A stretch of DNA of 64,000 bases, from NCBI GenBank assembly GCA_902612825.1, contig CACMET010000007.1:2609-66608 (forward strand), in the 5' to 3' direction. The DNA is from an uncultured Alphaproteobacteria bacterium. Lineage in GTDB: Bacteria; Pseudomonadota; Alphaproteobacteria; HIMB59; GCA-002718135. The translations under genes were made by a program, and so were the position numbers. The notes under the pieces are model-generated. The model did no database searches and was not told the DNA's origin. It worked only from the letters and a program-made list of their open reading frames with translations. Shown here piece by piece: positions 10,095 to 20,451 of the stretch (within the stretch, counting starts at the first letter, position 1; each line of letters starts with the position of its first letter).

Positions 10095-11372
10095 TTGGAG
10101 GTTATTATTTCTACAGCCGAATTATTAACAACAGATGGTATTCCACTCAAACAAAGTCTTCGTAAGGCTGAAAGAAGAAATAAACTTCGAGCTTTTCTTC
10201 TAGTTTTTCCTTTATTACTTTTTATTTTTGTCACTTTTGTAATGCCAATTGGAGATATGCTTCTTAGGAGTGTTGACGATAGCCAAATTAATTCAGTTTT
10301 TCCTAATACTTTTGAAGAATACAAAAAATGGGATAAAGGAACTGACGAACTACCGCCTGAAGAAGTATATAAAAATCTTTTTTTTGAATTAGCCAATGGA
10401 GACAAGAGACAAATAGGTAAAGCCCTAACAAGAATGAATTATGCAAAATCTGGTTGGAAAAGTTTAATAAAAAAAACAACTAGAGAAATTAAAAAAATCG
10501 TAAAAAAAGGCGAAGAACCAAAATCGTATAAAGAAACATTTATTAAAATAAATAAGTTCTGGGCAGATCCAACTTACTGGTACTCATTTAATCAAATGGT
10601 AAATGACCAATCTTCAATTTATTACTGGAATGCTCTTGATAGAACATTTGATGAAGATGGAGATGTTGTTTTACAAGATGAAAAAAGAAGAATGTATATT
10701 AAAACCTGGCTTAGGACTTTTAAGGTAAGTATTTATGTAACAATTTTTTGCTTAATTCTTGGCTTCCCGGTTGCTCATCTTTTAGCCAATTTACCTTTAA
10801 GATACAGTAATCTTCTAATGATTTTTGTATTGCTTCCATTTTGGACCTCTCTACTTGTAAGAACAACAGCATGGATTGTAATGCTTCAACAAAATGGAGT
10901 CATAAATGGTATTTTAGTTTGGTTAGGTATCATAAGCGACGATGGCCGAATACAAATGGTTTATAATGAAGCTGGAACTTTAATTGCGATGACTCAAATT
11001 TTATTACCATTTATGATTTTACCTTTGTATAGTGTAATGAGAGTAATTCCAAAAAGTCACATGAGAGCCGCCCAAAATTTAGGAGCAAAACCTGCAACTG
11101 CATTTTGGCGAGTTTACTTACCACAGACTATTCCTGGTATAAGCGCTGGTGGTTTATTAGTTTTTGTACTTGCCATTGGGTATTTTATAACACCTGAATT
11201 AGTTGGTGGAAAAGATGGTAAATTGATTGGGAGTTGGATCGCTTATCATTTAAAAACTACACTTAATTGGGGATTATGCGCTGCTCTTGGCGCTATACTT
11301 CTTGGTATAATGCTGATTTTCTATTGGCTTTACAATAAAATTGTCGGAATAGACAACATAAAGTTAGGATAA
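10095..11372 (+). CDS. potB: PotB-like permease with a large periplasmic loop (start may be ATT at 10107)
   Basis: LLPFWTSLLVRT and AAQNLGA EAA-like loop. Confidence 0.85.
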   Translation: MEVIISTAELLTTDGIPLKQSLRKAERRNKLRAFLLVFPLLLFIFVTFVMPIGDMLLRSVDDSQINSVFPNTFEEYKKWDKGTDELPPEEVYKNLFFELANGDKRQIGKALTRMNYAKSGWKSLIKKTTREIKKIVKKGEEPKSYKETFIKINKFWADPTYWYSFNQMVNDQSSIYYWNALDRTFDEDGDVVLQDEKRRMYIKTWLRTFKVSIYVTIFCLILGFPVAHLLANLPLRYSNLLMIFVLLPFWTSLLVRTTAWIVMLQQNGVINGILVWLGIISDDGRIQMVYNEAGTLIAMTQILLPFMILPLYSVMRVIPKSHMRAAQNLGAKPATAFWRVYLPQTIPGISAGGLLVFVLAIGYFITPELVGGKDGKLIGSWIAYHLKTTLNWGLCAALGAILLGIMLIFYWLYNKIVGIDNIKLG

Positions 11373-11375
11373 AAA

Positions 11376-12272
11376 ATGGCTCTTCCAAGTTACGCAACAC
11401 CAGTTCAAAGAACCTACTATTATTTTTACTTATTTTTTTGTACGGTAGTTTTCTTTTTTTTAATAGCGCCACTATTTGCAATTATTCCAATATCCTTCAG
11501 TGTTTCGCCTTTTATGGTCTTTACCGAAGGAATGCTTGCATGGCCTCCTGATCCAGAAGCATGGTCGATTAGGTGGTATAGAAATATGATTGGTGATTGT
11601 AGTGCTGATGTTGTTTCCTCCACAGTTCCTTGTTCAACAAAATGGATGAAAGGCACAGTAAATAGTTTTTACATTGGTACTATAGCAACTGTTATTGCAA
11701 CTACTTTAGGTACTTTAGCAGCATTGGGTTTAAGTAGGCCTCATATGCCATATAAGGGCTTGATAATGGCAATCTTAATATCACCAATGATTGTTCCATT
11801 AATTATAACAGCTGCAGGTATGTTTTTCTTTTATGCAAGAATAAATCTTGTTTATACATTTACCGGAGTAATTCTTGCACATGTTGCTCTTGCCACACCT
11901 TTTGTAGTTATAACCGTAACAGCAACATTAGTTGGTTTTGATATGAATATGGTAAAAGCAGCACAAAGCTTGGGTGCCAAACCAATGAGAACATTTTTTA
12001 AAGTTATTATGCCGTTGATTTTACCAGGTATTATATCAGGAGCTTTATTTGCTTTTATAACCTCTTTTGACGAAGTTGTTATAGTTATGTTTATGGCAAG
12101 CATAGATCAGCTTACTATTCCAAAACAAATGTGGGCCGGAATACGACAAGAAATTAGTCCTGTTATTTTATGTATGGCTACTTGTTTGGTACTTCTTTCC
12201 ATATTCTTATTAACTACAGTTGAGCTACTTAGAAGAAGGTCTGAAAAACTCAGAGGTATTAAAGCTCGATAG
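11376..12272 (+). CDS. potC: PotC-like permease
   Basis: AAQSLGA and FITSFDEV motifs. Confidence 0.85.
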   Translation: MALPSYATPVQRTYYYFYLFFCTVVFFFLIAPLFAIIPISFSVSPFMVFTEGMLAWPPDPEAWSIRWYRNMIGDCSADVVSSTVPCSTKWMKGTVNSFYIGTIATVIATTLGTLAALGLSRPHMPYKGLIMAILISPMIVPLIITAAGMFFFYARINLVYTFTGVILAHVALATPFVVITVTATLVGFDMNMVKAAQSLGAKPMRTFFKVIMPLILPGIISGALFAFITSFDEVVIVMFMASIDQLTIPKQMWAGIRQEISPVILCMATCLVLLSIFLLTTVELLRRRSEKLRGIKAR

Positions 12273-12276
12273 AACA

Positions 12277-13506
12277 GTGAAGAACATTGCTGTTATTGGT
12301 GCTGGTATAGTTGGTATATGTAGCGCATATTTTTTAAAAAAATCTGGATTTAATGTAACTTTAATTGATAGGGAGCAGCCTGGCTCAATGACAAGTTTTG
12401 GGCATGCTTGTACTTTTGCAGACTATGCAAATGTTCCTGTTAATTACCCCGGAATGATCTGGGATATCCCATCAATGCTTTTAAAAAAAGATGGACCTTT
12501 AGCAGTTGATTTTTTTTATATTTTAAAGAACTTGCCTTGGGCAATAAGTTTTTTAAAAAACTGTAAAAAGGAAAAAGTTAATGAAATAGCAAACTCTCTC
12601 ACCAACCTTTTAAAACACTCACAAATATCTTACGATGAAATTTTTCAAGATGTAAATGTAAAAGAATATATTAGCTATGAAGAAAATCTTTATCTTTTTG
12701 ATTCAAAAAAATCTTATGAAAATTATGAATATGCAAATATTATTAGAAAAAATAATAACGTTAAAGTAAGGAATTTAAATAAAGATGAAGTTAAAGAATT
12801 AGAACCAAATTTAGCTGATGTCTATTATTCCGGGCAAGTCTTTACTGGATCAAGACACACAACAAATCCATTAGCAATAAGTACTAAGATTTTTGAAAAG
12901 TTTTTAGAATTAGGTGGTGTTTATATAAATCAAAATATAAAAAATTTAACACAGAGAGAAAAAAATATTGAATTATTTTTAGAAAATAAAAAACTTAATT
13001 TTGATAAAATAATTGTATGTGCTGGTGCTTGGTCAAATCAAATTGCAAATAAGCTTGGAGATAAATTTCCTCTTGATACCGAAAGAGGGTATCACCTTTT
13101 ATTTGAAACTGAAGAGAAATTAATAAATCGTCCCGTTGCTTGGTCTGAATCTGGATTTTACCTAATACAAATTCATGATGGTATAAGAGCTGCTGGTACA
13201 GTTGAAATAGCAGGTTTATTTAAACCTGCTAATAAAAAACGTCTTGAAATGATAGAAAGACAATCAAGAAAGGTTTTGCCTCAATTAAAAGAAGTAAGAT
13301 CAACATGGATGGGTAGAAGGCCTACCTTACCAGACTCATTACCTGTTATTGGCAAGTCTCACAAAAATAATAATGTCATTTATGCGTTTGGACATCAACA
13401 TATTGGTTGGACTTTAGGAGCTGTTACAGGAAAAATTATTGATAGTTTATCAAAAGATCAACTGCCGAATATAGACATTAGTGCTTATTCTCCTAGCCGA
13501 TTTTAA
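12277..13506 (+). CDS. FAD-dependent D-amino acid dehydrogenase (DadA-like)
   Basis: GAGIVG FAD motif, ERGYH, WMGRRP..PDSLPVIG and GH.H.GWTLG; GTG at 12277 follows the potC stop. Confidence 0.85.
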   Translation: MKNIAVIGAGIVGICSAYFLKKSGFNVTLIDREQPGSMTSFGHACTFADYANVPVNYPGMIWDIPSMLLKKDGPLAVDFFYILKNLPWAISFLKNCKKEKVNEIANSLTNLLKHSQISYDEIFQDVNVKEYISYEENLYLFDSKKSYENYEYANIIRKNNNVKVRNLNKDEVKELEPNLADVYYSGQVFTGSRHTTNPLAISTKIFEKFLELGGVYINQNIKNLTQREKNIELFLENKKLNFDKIIVCAGAWSNQIANKLGDKFPLDTERGYHLLFETEEKLINRPVAWSESGFYLIQIHDGIRAAGTVEIAGLFKPANKKRLEMIERQSRKVLPQLKEVRSTWMGRRPTLPDSLPVIGKSHKNNNVIYAFGHQHIGWTLGAVTGKIIDSLSKDQLPNIDISAYSPSRF

Positions 13507-14936
13507 CCTAAACTAATTCCAACATTTTTGACTTGAAGATAAGATTTAAGTCCATCAACTCCTTTTTCACGGCTATATCCTGATTGTTTATAACCTCCAA
13601 AAGGAGTTGCATGATTTCCGGTAAACCATTTATTTACATATACTTGACCAGCTTCTAATTTGCTTGCAGTCCAAGATGCTTTTTTAAGATCTTTTGTAAA
13701 CACTCCAGCACCTAAACCATACTCAGTATCATTAGCAATATCAATTGCTTCTTCTTGATCTTCATATTCAAGAACTGAGAGTACTGGACCAAAAATCTCT
13801 TCTCTGGCTACAGTCATACTTTGTTTAACATTGTTTAGAACTGTTGGTTCCATAAAATATCCTTCACGTTCTAATCTTTTTCCACCATATGCCGCTTCTG
13901 CTCCTTCTTGGATTCCTGATCTTGCATAACCTTCAACTTTTTGAAGCTGATTTTCTGATATAACTGGAGTTAGGTCTGTATCTTTTTCTATACCAGGTCC
14001 AATTTTTAAAGATTTACTCATATCAACAAGCTTATCTACTAATTCATCTTTGATTGATTTATGAACTACCAATCTAGACATCGCTGTACATATTTGACCA
14101 GCAACACTAAAAATTCCTGAACGTGCACTTTCTAGAACTTCATTTAAATCAGCATCAGGGTAAACAATACCAGCTGACTTACCGCCTAATTCAACTACAG
14201 CAGGAATAGCTTTGTCTGCGCAAGCATGAAGTATCTTTTTTCCAGTTGCGACCGAACCCGTAAAGACTACGTGATTTACATCTTCATGAGATACAAGATA
14301 AGATCCTGCTTCATTTCCATATCCACAAATTATGTTGATTAGTCCTTCTGGTACACCAGCATTTTGTATTGCTTTAGCAAAAATTGTTGCGGACAAAGGA
14401 GTTAATTCTGCAGTTTTTATAATTGTTGAATTTCCTGTAGCAAAAGAACATGACAGTGATCTTCCAATCATTGATAATGGAAAATTCCATGGAACAACAT
14501 GTGCTGATACACCAAATGGTTCTAAAACTGTGTAATCAAAAACATTTTTTGCAACAGGTATTGTTTTACCTTCAAGTTTATCTGTTAAGCCTGCATAATA
14601 ATCAAACATATCTGCTACATCATTGAATTCTTTAATTGCTGAAGCGATATTTTTTCCATTTTCATAACAAAGAAGCTCACCACCTTCTTTTGAAACCTTT
14701 CTTGTCTCTTCTGCAATTTTTCTCATTAGTTTCGCTCTTGAAAGTAAAGGCATATCAACAAGTACTCTGCTGTTATAAGAATTTTTAGCTGCTTCAACCG
14801 CAAGATCAACTTCATTTTTTTTTGCACATGAAATTTCGCCAATGATTTTACCATTTGAAGGATCATCAACCTCTATTGTTTCTTTGGACTCACTTTCAAT
14901 CCATTTATTATTTATAAAATTCTTATATTTTTCCAT
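13503..14936 (-). CDS. NAD-dependent aldehyde dehydrogenase
   Basis: PWNFP, FTGS, ELGGKS, GQIC, EEIFGPV and PFGGYK motifs. Confidence 0.92.
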   Translation of the reverse strand: MEKYKNFINNKWIESESKETIEVDDPSNGKIIGEISCAKKNEVDLAVEAAKNSYNSRVLVDMPLLSRAKLMRKIAEETRKVSKEGGELLCYENGKNIASAIKEFNDVADMFDYYAGLTDKLEGKTIPVAKNVFDYTVLEPFGVSAHVVPWNFPLSMIGRSLSCSFATGNSTIIKTAELTPLSATIFAKAIQNAGVPEGLINIICGYGNEAGSYLVSHEDVNHVVFTGSVATGKKILHACADKAIPAVVELGGKSAGIVYPDADLNEVLESARSGIFSVAGQICTAMSRLVVHKSIKDELVDKLVDMSKSLKIGPGIEKDTDLTPVISENQLQKVEGYARSGIQEGAEAAYGGKRLEREGYFMEPTVLNNVKQSMTVAREEIFGPVLSVLEYEDQEEAIDIANDTEYGLGAGVFTKDLKKASWTASKLEAGQVYVNKWFTGNHATPFGGYKQSGYSREKGVDGLKSYLQVKNVGISLG

Positions 14937-15020
14937 TTTCTGCGTTTTTTAATCAATTATTTTTGTTTCATTCTTTATCATTTAGGATATGAAAATGATA
15001 CAAATTTAATTTTAAGAAAC

Positions 15021-16379
15021 ATGAGTATTACATTTAATCAGTTAAAAAAACTAATAACAAAAAAAGAAATAGATACAGTTTTAGTTTGCGTATCAGATAT
15101 GCAAGGTAGACTAAATGGTAAAAGAGTTACTGGAAAAGCTTTTATTGATTATGTCTATAAAGAAACGCATATGTGCGATTATCTCTATACCGTCGATATG
15201 GATATGTTTACTGTACCCGGATATAAATCTTCTTCATGGGAAACGGGTTATGGTGATATGACTGTAATTCCAGATCTCAAAACGATAAAGATAGCAAATT
15301 GGTTAAATAAAACAGCTATAGTAATATGTGATTGTTTAGACCATTCAGGAAAAAAACCACTTATTCATTCAACAAGACAGATATTAAAAGATGTTTTAGC
15401 TACGGCAGACAAAATGGGATTTCAATCTATGGTTGGTTCAGAATTAGAATTTTTTCTTTTTAATCAAACTTATGAAGAAATTCATAATAATAATTATACA
15501 AAACTTAAAGAGTCTTCTTGGTATATTGAAGATTATATGATTTTCCAAACTACGAAAGAAGAGGATGTGATGCAGGAATTAAGGAATTCTCTTCTAGATA
15601 GTGGAATTTATGTAGAATGTTCAAAGGGTGAAGCAGCTCCAGGACAAGAAGAAATCAATGTTGTTTTTTCCGATGCATTAAACATGGCTGACAATCATAT
15701 TTTAATTAAAAATGCGACAAAAGAAATTGCTTATAAACATAACAAAGCAGTAACCTTTATGGCTAAATATAACAAAGAAGTTTGTGGAAGTTCATGTCAT
15801 ATTCATAACTCTTTATTCGATAAGAAAACAAAGAAAAATATTTTTTATAACCCTAAGGATAAATATGGAATGTCTGATATTTTTAAAAGTTATCTTGCGG
15901 GACAAATTAAATTATTACCAGATATTTCAATTTTTTTAGCACCAAATATTAATTCTTATAAAAGATTTCAAGATGGATCATTTGCTCCTACAAAATCTGT
16001 TTGGGGCATTGATAATCGTACTGCTGGGTTTAGACTAGCTGGTCATGGATCATCCATAAGAATTGAATGTCGAGTCCCAGGAGCGGATGTTAATCCCTAT
16101 CTTTCTTTTGCAGCTTTAGTTGGTGCTGGGTTATACGGTATTAAAAATAAACTTAAATTAGATAAACCTTATTCAGGGAATATATATGAGAAAAAAGTAA
16201 ATGAAGTTCCTAAAACACTTAACGAAGCAATCCAACTTGCTAAAAAATCTAAATTTTTAAAAGAGATATTTCCACAAGATGTACTTGATCATTATATCCA
16301 TGCTGCTGAATGGGAGCAAAAAGATTATGATCGTTCAGTTAATGATTGGCAATTACGAAGATATTTCGAACGAGGCTAA
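15021..16379 (+). CDS. Glutamine synthetase-like gamma-glutamyl-amine ligase (GlnA4-type)
   Basis: DMQGRL.GKR, C.YL..VDMDM..V.GY..SSWE.GYGD, GSSCHIH and IECRVPGADVNPY motifs. Confidence 0.85.
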   Translation: MSITFNQLKKLITKKEIDTVLVCVSDMQGRLNGKRVTGKAFIDYVYKETHMCDYLYTVDMDMFTVPGYKSSSWETGYGDMTVIPDLKTIKIANWLNKTAIVICDCLDHSGKKPLIHSTRQILKDVLATADKMGFQSMVGSELEFFLFNQTYEEIHNNNYTKLKESSWYIEDYMIFQTTKEEDVMQELRNSLLDSGIYVECSKGEAAPGQEEINVVFSDALNMADNHILIKNATKEIAYKHNKAVTFMAKYNKEVCGSSCHIHNSLFDKKTKKNIFYNPKDKYGMSDIFKSYLAGQIKLLPDISIFLAPNINSYKRFQDGSFAPTKSVWGIDNRTAGFRLAGHGSSIRIECRVPGADVNPYLSFAALVGAGLYGIKNKLKLDKPYSGNIYEKKVNEVPKTLNEAIQLAKKSKFLKEIFPQDVLDHYIHAAEWEQKDYDRSVNDWQLRRYFERG

Positions 16380-16388
16380 TTTTACCAA

Positions 16389-17765
16389 ATGTTTGAGACT
16401 ATTACTCCAATAGACAACTCCGTCTTAGTTAAAAGAGAATATGCAACAGAAGAAGATATTGAAAAAAGTCTCAGTAATTCTTATTCTGTAAGAGAACATT
16501 GGAAAAATATATCTCTAGAAGAAAGAAAAAAGTCAGTTTTAGATTTTGTAGAAATATTTTTAAAAAATAAGGATGTTTCTAATAATTTATGTAAGCAAAT
16601 AGGCAGACCTGTAGCACAGTGCCCAGGAGAGATGCGAGGTTTTGAAGAAAGAGCTCGTTATATGATTGAAAATGCTGACAGAGCACTATCAAGAGTTGTA
16701 TCAATTAAAAATGATGAATTTGATAATTATATAAACAAAGAACCACTAGGTACTATATTTGTAATTGCACCATGGAATTACCCTTTCAACACTTCTGTTA
16801 ATTCAATTGTACCAAGTTTACTTGCAGGTAATGCAGTTATATTAAAACATTCTTCTCAAACTCCACTCTGTGCTGAAGCATTATATGAGGCAGCTAAACA
16901 ATCTTCATTACCAAAAAATATTTTTCAGTATTTACATTTAGATCATGATCAAACATCAAGAATAATTTCAGATTCAAGAATTAATCATGTTTTATTTACT
17001 GGTTCTGTAAGTGGCGGAAAACAAATAAAAAAATCTATAGGCACTAGATTTATTGGAGCCGGTCTAGAGTTAGGTGGAAAAGATCCTGCTTATGTTAGAG
17101 CTGATTGTGACTTAGATCATGCTGTTGAAAATTTAGTTGACGGATCATACTTTAATTCTGGTCAATCTTGTTGTGGTATCGAAAGAATTTATGTTGATAA
17201 AAAAATATACAATACATTTGTAGAAAAATTTAAAGATGTAACTGAGAAATATATTTTAGGAAACCCACTAGAGATGGAGACAAATTTAGGTCCAGTAGTG
17301 AAGCAATCTGCTGCAAATTATATTAGATCTGAAGTTAACAACGCAATTAGTCAAGGTGGAAAGAATATTATAGATAACAAAAAATTTAATTTAGATGATG
17401 GTAATAATTGTTATGTAAGCCCAAGTGCACTCATTAATGTCGATCATTCGATGAAATATATGATGGAAGAAATATTTGGTCCTTCAGTTGGAATAATGAA
17501 AGTAGAAAATGAAAATGAAGCTTTATCTCTAATGAATGATAGTTCTTATGGGTTAACAGCAAGTATTTGGACAAATGATAAGTCTTTTGCAGAAAATTTT
17601 GGAAAAAAAGTTGAGACAGGAACTTTTTTTATGAATAGATGTGATTACTTAGATCCTGGCTTAGCATGGACCGGTGTAAAAGATACTGGAATTGGCGTTA
17701 CTTTATCTGTTCTAGGATTTGATCATTTAACAAGAGCAAAAAGCTATCATATAAGAAATATTTAA
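16389..17765 (+). CDS. Aldehyde dehydrogenase
   Basis: PWNYP, LELGGKDPAY, GQSCC and NRCDYLDPGLAWTG motifs. Confidence 0.9.
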   Translation: MFETITPIDNSVLVKREYATEEDIEKSLSNSYSVREHWKNISLEERKKSVLDFVEIFLKNKDVSNNLCKQIGRPVAQCPGEMRGFEERARYMIENADRALSRVVSIKNDEFDNYINKEPLGTIFVIAPWNYPFNTSVNSIVPSLLAGNAVILKHSSQTPLCAEALYEAAKQSSLPKNIFQYLHLDHDQTSRIISDSRINHVLFTGSVSGGKQIKKSIGTRFIGAGLELGGKDPAYVRADCDLDHAVENLVDGSYFNSGQSCCGIERIYVDKKIYNTFVEKFKDVTEKYILGNPLEMETNLGPVVKQSAANYIRSEVNNAISQGGKNIIDNKKFNLDDGNNCYVSPSALINVDHSMKYMMEEIFGPSVGIMKVENENEALSLMNDSSYGLTASIWTNDKSFAENFGKKVETGTFFMNRCDYLDPGLAWTGVKDTGIGVTLSVLGFDHLTRAKSYHIRNI

Positions 17766-17769
17766 GATT

Positions 17770-18918
17770 ATGGAAAATATCAATTGGAATTATCCTACTA
17801 CAATCTGGTTTGGTGTTGATAGAATAAAAGAAATACAAAAAGCCTGTGAAGAATTAAATATTCAAAAACCATTAATTGTTACTGATAATGGAATTTTAAA
17901 AACAAACATTATTAATAAGTTAAATGATTGTTTAGATAAACAGGCAATTGTTTATAGTGATGTTAAATCAAATCCTACAGGTAAGAATGTTGAAGATGGT
18001 GTTAAAGCATTTAATGAAAATAAACATGATGGAGTAATAGCTGTTGGTGGAGGCTCAGGTATGGATACAGGAAAGGCAATTGCATTCATGGCCAAGCAAG
18101 AAAGACCAATCTGGGATTTTGAAGATATTGGTGACTGGTGGACTAGAGCTAATGCAGATTCAATTTTTCCTATAATCGCTCTACCTACTACAGCTGGAAC
18201 AGGATCTGAAACTGGAAGAGCGTCAGTCTTTACTAAAGAACAAACACAAGAAAAAAAAATAATTTTCCATCCAAAAATGCTTCCATCAATTGTTATCCTT
18301 GATCCAAATTTGACAATTCCACTCCCGGCAAATCTAACAGCCTTTACAGGAATGGATGCGTTAGCTCATTGCTTAGAAGCATATTTGTCGAATGTTTTTC
18401 ATCCTTATTCGCAAGGTATTGCATTAGAGGGCATTAGATTAGTAAAAAATAATCTTGTTCTTGCTTTTAATGATGGATCAAATCTAGAAGCTAGATCGCA
18501 TATGCTAGCATCTTCATCTATGGGCTCAATAGCTTTCCAAAAAGGTTTAGGTGCTATTCATTCTTTAAGTCATCCTGTTGGTGCAATTTATAATACACAT
18601 CATGGATTAACTAATGCAGTCTTTATGCCATATGTTTTACAATATAATAAAAAAGGCATTGAAGAAAAAATTATTGATATTGCAAGATATATAAATTTAA
18701 AATCAGCAACATTTAATAATTTTATGGATTGGATTATAGAGCTTAGATCTAATTTAAATATTCCTCATACTTTAAGTGAAATAATTGATGATGACAAAAA
18801 TTTAGAAAAAATGAGTTTAATGGCTTTTAATGATCCATCAACAAGTACAAATCCTATACCAGTTAACGCAGAAGATTTTTTACAAATGTATATTAACGCG
18901 TTTAAAGGTGATTTATAA
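17770..18918 (+). CDS. Iron-containing alcohol dehydrogenase
   Basis: GGGS, PTTAGTGSE, DALAH, H.LSH and HHG metal ligands. Confidence 0.9.
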   Translation: MENINWNYPTTIWFGVDRIKEIQKACEELNIQKPLIVTDNGILKTNIINKLNDCLDKQAIVYSDVKSNPTGKNVEDGVKAFNENKHDGVIAVGGGSGMDTGKAIAFMAKQERPIWDFEDIGDWWTRANADSIFPIIALPTTAGTGSETGRASVFTKEQTQEKKIIFHPKMLPSIVILDPNLTIPLPANLTAFTGMDALAHCLEAYLSNVFHPYSQGIALEGIRLVKNNLVLAFNDGSNLEARSHMLASSSMGSIAFQKGLGAIHSLSHPVGAIYNTHHGLTNAVFMPYVLQYNKKGIEEKIIDIARYINLKSATFNNFMDWIIELRSNLNIPHTLSEIIDDDKNLEKMSLMAFNDPSTSTNPIPVNAEDFLQMYINAFKGDL

Positions 18919-18920
18919 AT

Positions 18921-20423
18921 TTATAGCGTTGCACCAATTATCCAAGGATTAAATTCGTCATCACCGTAATCATTTATTTCACTCTTTGATTTTTCACCGG
19001 ATGCAACTGAAATTATTTTATCAAATATTTCTTTGCCAACTTCATTAACGCTTGCAACGTTATCCATAATAGTACCAGCATTTATATCCATATCTTCACT
19101 AAGTTTATTATACATATTTGTATTTGTTGATATTTTAATACTTGGAGTGGGTTTAAATCCAAAGCACGAACCTCGACCAGTAGTAAAACAAATAACATTA
19201 GCGCCAGAAGCAACCTGACCAGTTACAGATACAGGATCATAACCTGGAGAATTCATAAAGTTAAAACCTTTGGTTTTTACCTGTTCAGCATAATCAAGAA
19301 CATCAACCATATTTCTATTTCCAGCTTTGGATACTGCACCTAATGATTTTTCCAAAATTGTAGTTAAACCTCCTTTTTTATTACCAGGACTTGGATTATT
19401 ATCTAATGTGCTATCGTTGCTAGCAACATATTTTTTCCACCATTCAATTTGTTTGTTTAGTTTTTCTATATTTTTTTCGTTTGATGATTTTTCAAATAAT
19501 AAATGTTCAGCTCCATATATTTCTGGAGTCTCTGATAGTAACGTTGTTCCACCATGATCAATAATCATATCTGAAGCAAAGCCTAGTGCAGGATTTGCAG
19601 TTATCCCAGAATACGAATCTGAACCACCACATTGCAAAGCAACTGTTAGTTCTGAAATGGGTATATTTGTTCTAGAAATACTATTAATTTCATTTAGTTG
19701 ATTAATAATTTTTGAAGTTACTTTCCTTATTATTTCATTTGTTCCACCTTCATCTTGAATATTCAAATATTCAATATTTCTTTTTTCCTGATCATTGTTG
19801 TACAAACTTATTTGGGCACATTCGCATCCAAGTCCGATAACAAAAACTTTTCCAAAATTAGGATGAATTTTAAAACCTTCAATAGTTCTGTTAAATACAT
19901 TCATGGCGTATCCAGAAGTATTCATCCCACAACCTGATGAATGTTTTAAACAAACTGCCCCATCAATGTTATCAAAATTATTATTTTTCAAATAATTATT
20001 TATTTTATCAGATATTTTTTTAACAACTGTTGCTGAACAATTAACTGTACTAATTAAACCTATATAATTCCTAGTACCTGATGATCCATTATTCCTTTTA
20101 AAGCCTTTAAAATATTCTGTTTTTTCACTTTTATTAATATCATTTCTAATATCTTTACGGATATATTCTCTTTTGAATTCACTATATCCCATATTATGGG
20201 AATGTACATGTTCACCAGGTTCTATATTTTTATTAGAGATTCCTATTATCTGACCATACTTAAAAATAAAATCACCACTTTTAATTTTTTTTAAAGAAAT
20301 TTTATGGCCATAAGGAATATTATTTATAGATTTAATTCCATAATTTATATTAATATTCTGAGGAATATCCATTGGGGCAATTCCAATATTATCTTTTTCA
20401 TTTAATTTGATTATGTTAAACAT
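18921..20423 (-). CDS. UxaA/GarD-family sugar-acid dehydratase with an N-terminal SAF domain
   Basis: IPYGHK..KYGQ.IG, H.HN, TVNCS, GLGCE, QCGGSD, NPSPGNK.GG and FTTGRG motifs. Confidence 0.88.
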   Translation of the reverse strand: MFNIIKLNEKDNIGIAPMDIPQNININYGIKSINNIPYGHKISLKKIKSGDFIFKYGQIIGISNKNIEPGEHVHSHNMGYSEFKREYIRKDIRNDINKSEKTEYFKGFKRNNGSSGTRNYIGLISTVNCSATVVKKISDKINNYLKNNNFDNIDGAVCLKHSSGCGMNTSGYAMNVFNRTIEGFKIHPNFGKVFVIGLGCECAQISLYNNDQEKRNIEYLNIQDEGGTNEIIRKVTSKIINQLNEINSISRTNIPISELTVALQCGGSDSYSGITANPALGFASDMIIDHGGTTLLSETPEIYGAEHLLFEKSSNEKNIEKLNKQIEWWKKYVASNDSTLDNNPSPGNKKGGLTTILEKSLGAVSKAGNRNMVDVLDYAEQVKTKGFNFMNSPGYDPVSVTGQVASGANVICFTTGRGSCFGFKPTPSIKISTNTNMYNKLSEDMDINAGTIMDNVASVNEVGKEIFDKIISVASGEKSKSEINDYGDDEFNPWIIGATL

Positions 20424-20451
20424 AACTTAGGTTAATATATCATAAATAATC

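Noticed and set aside
15021-16379. Housekeeping glutamine synthetase glnA
   Set aside because: The motifs and the ALDH/ADH context fit gamma-glutamyl-amine ligases.
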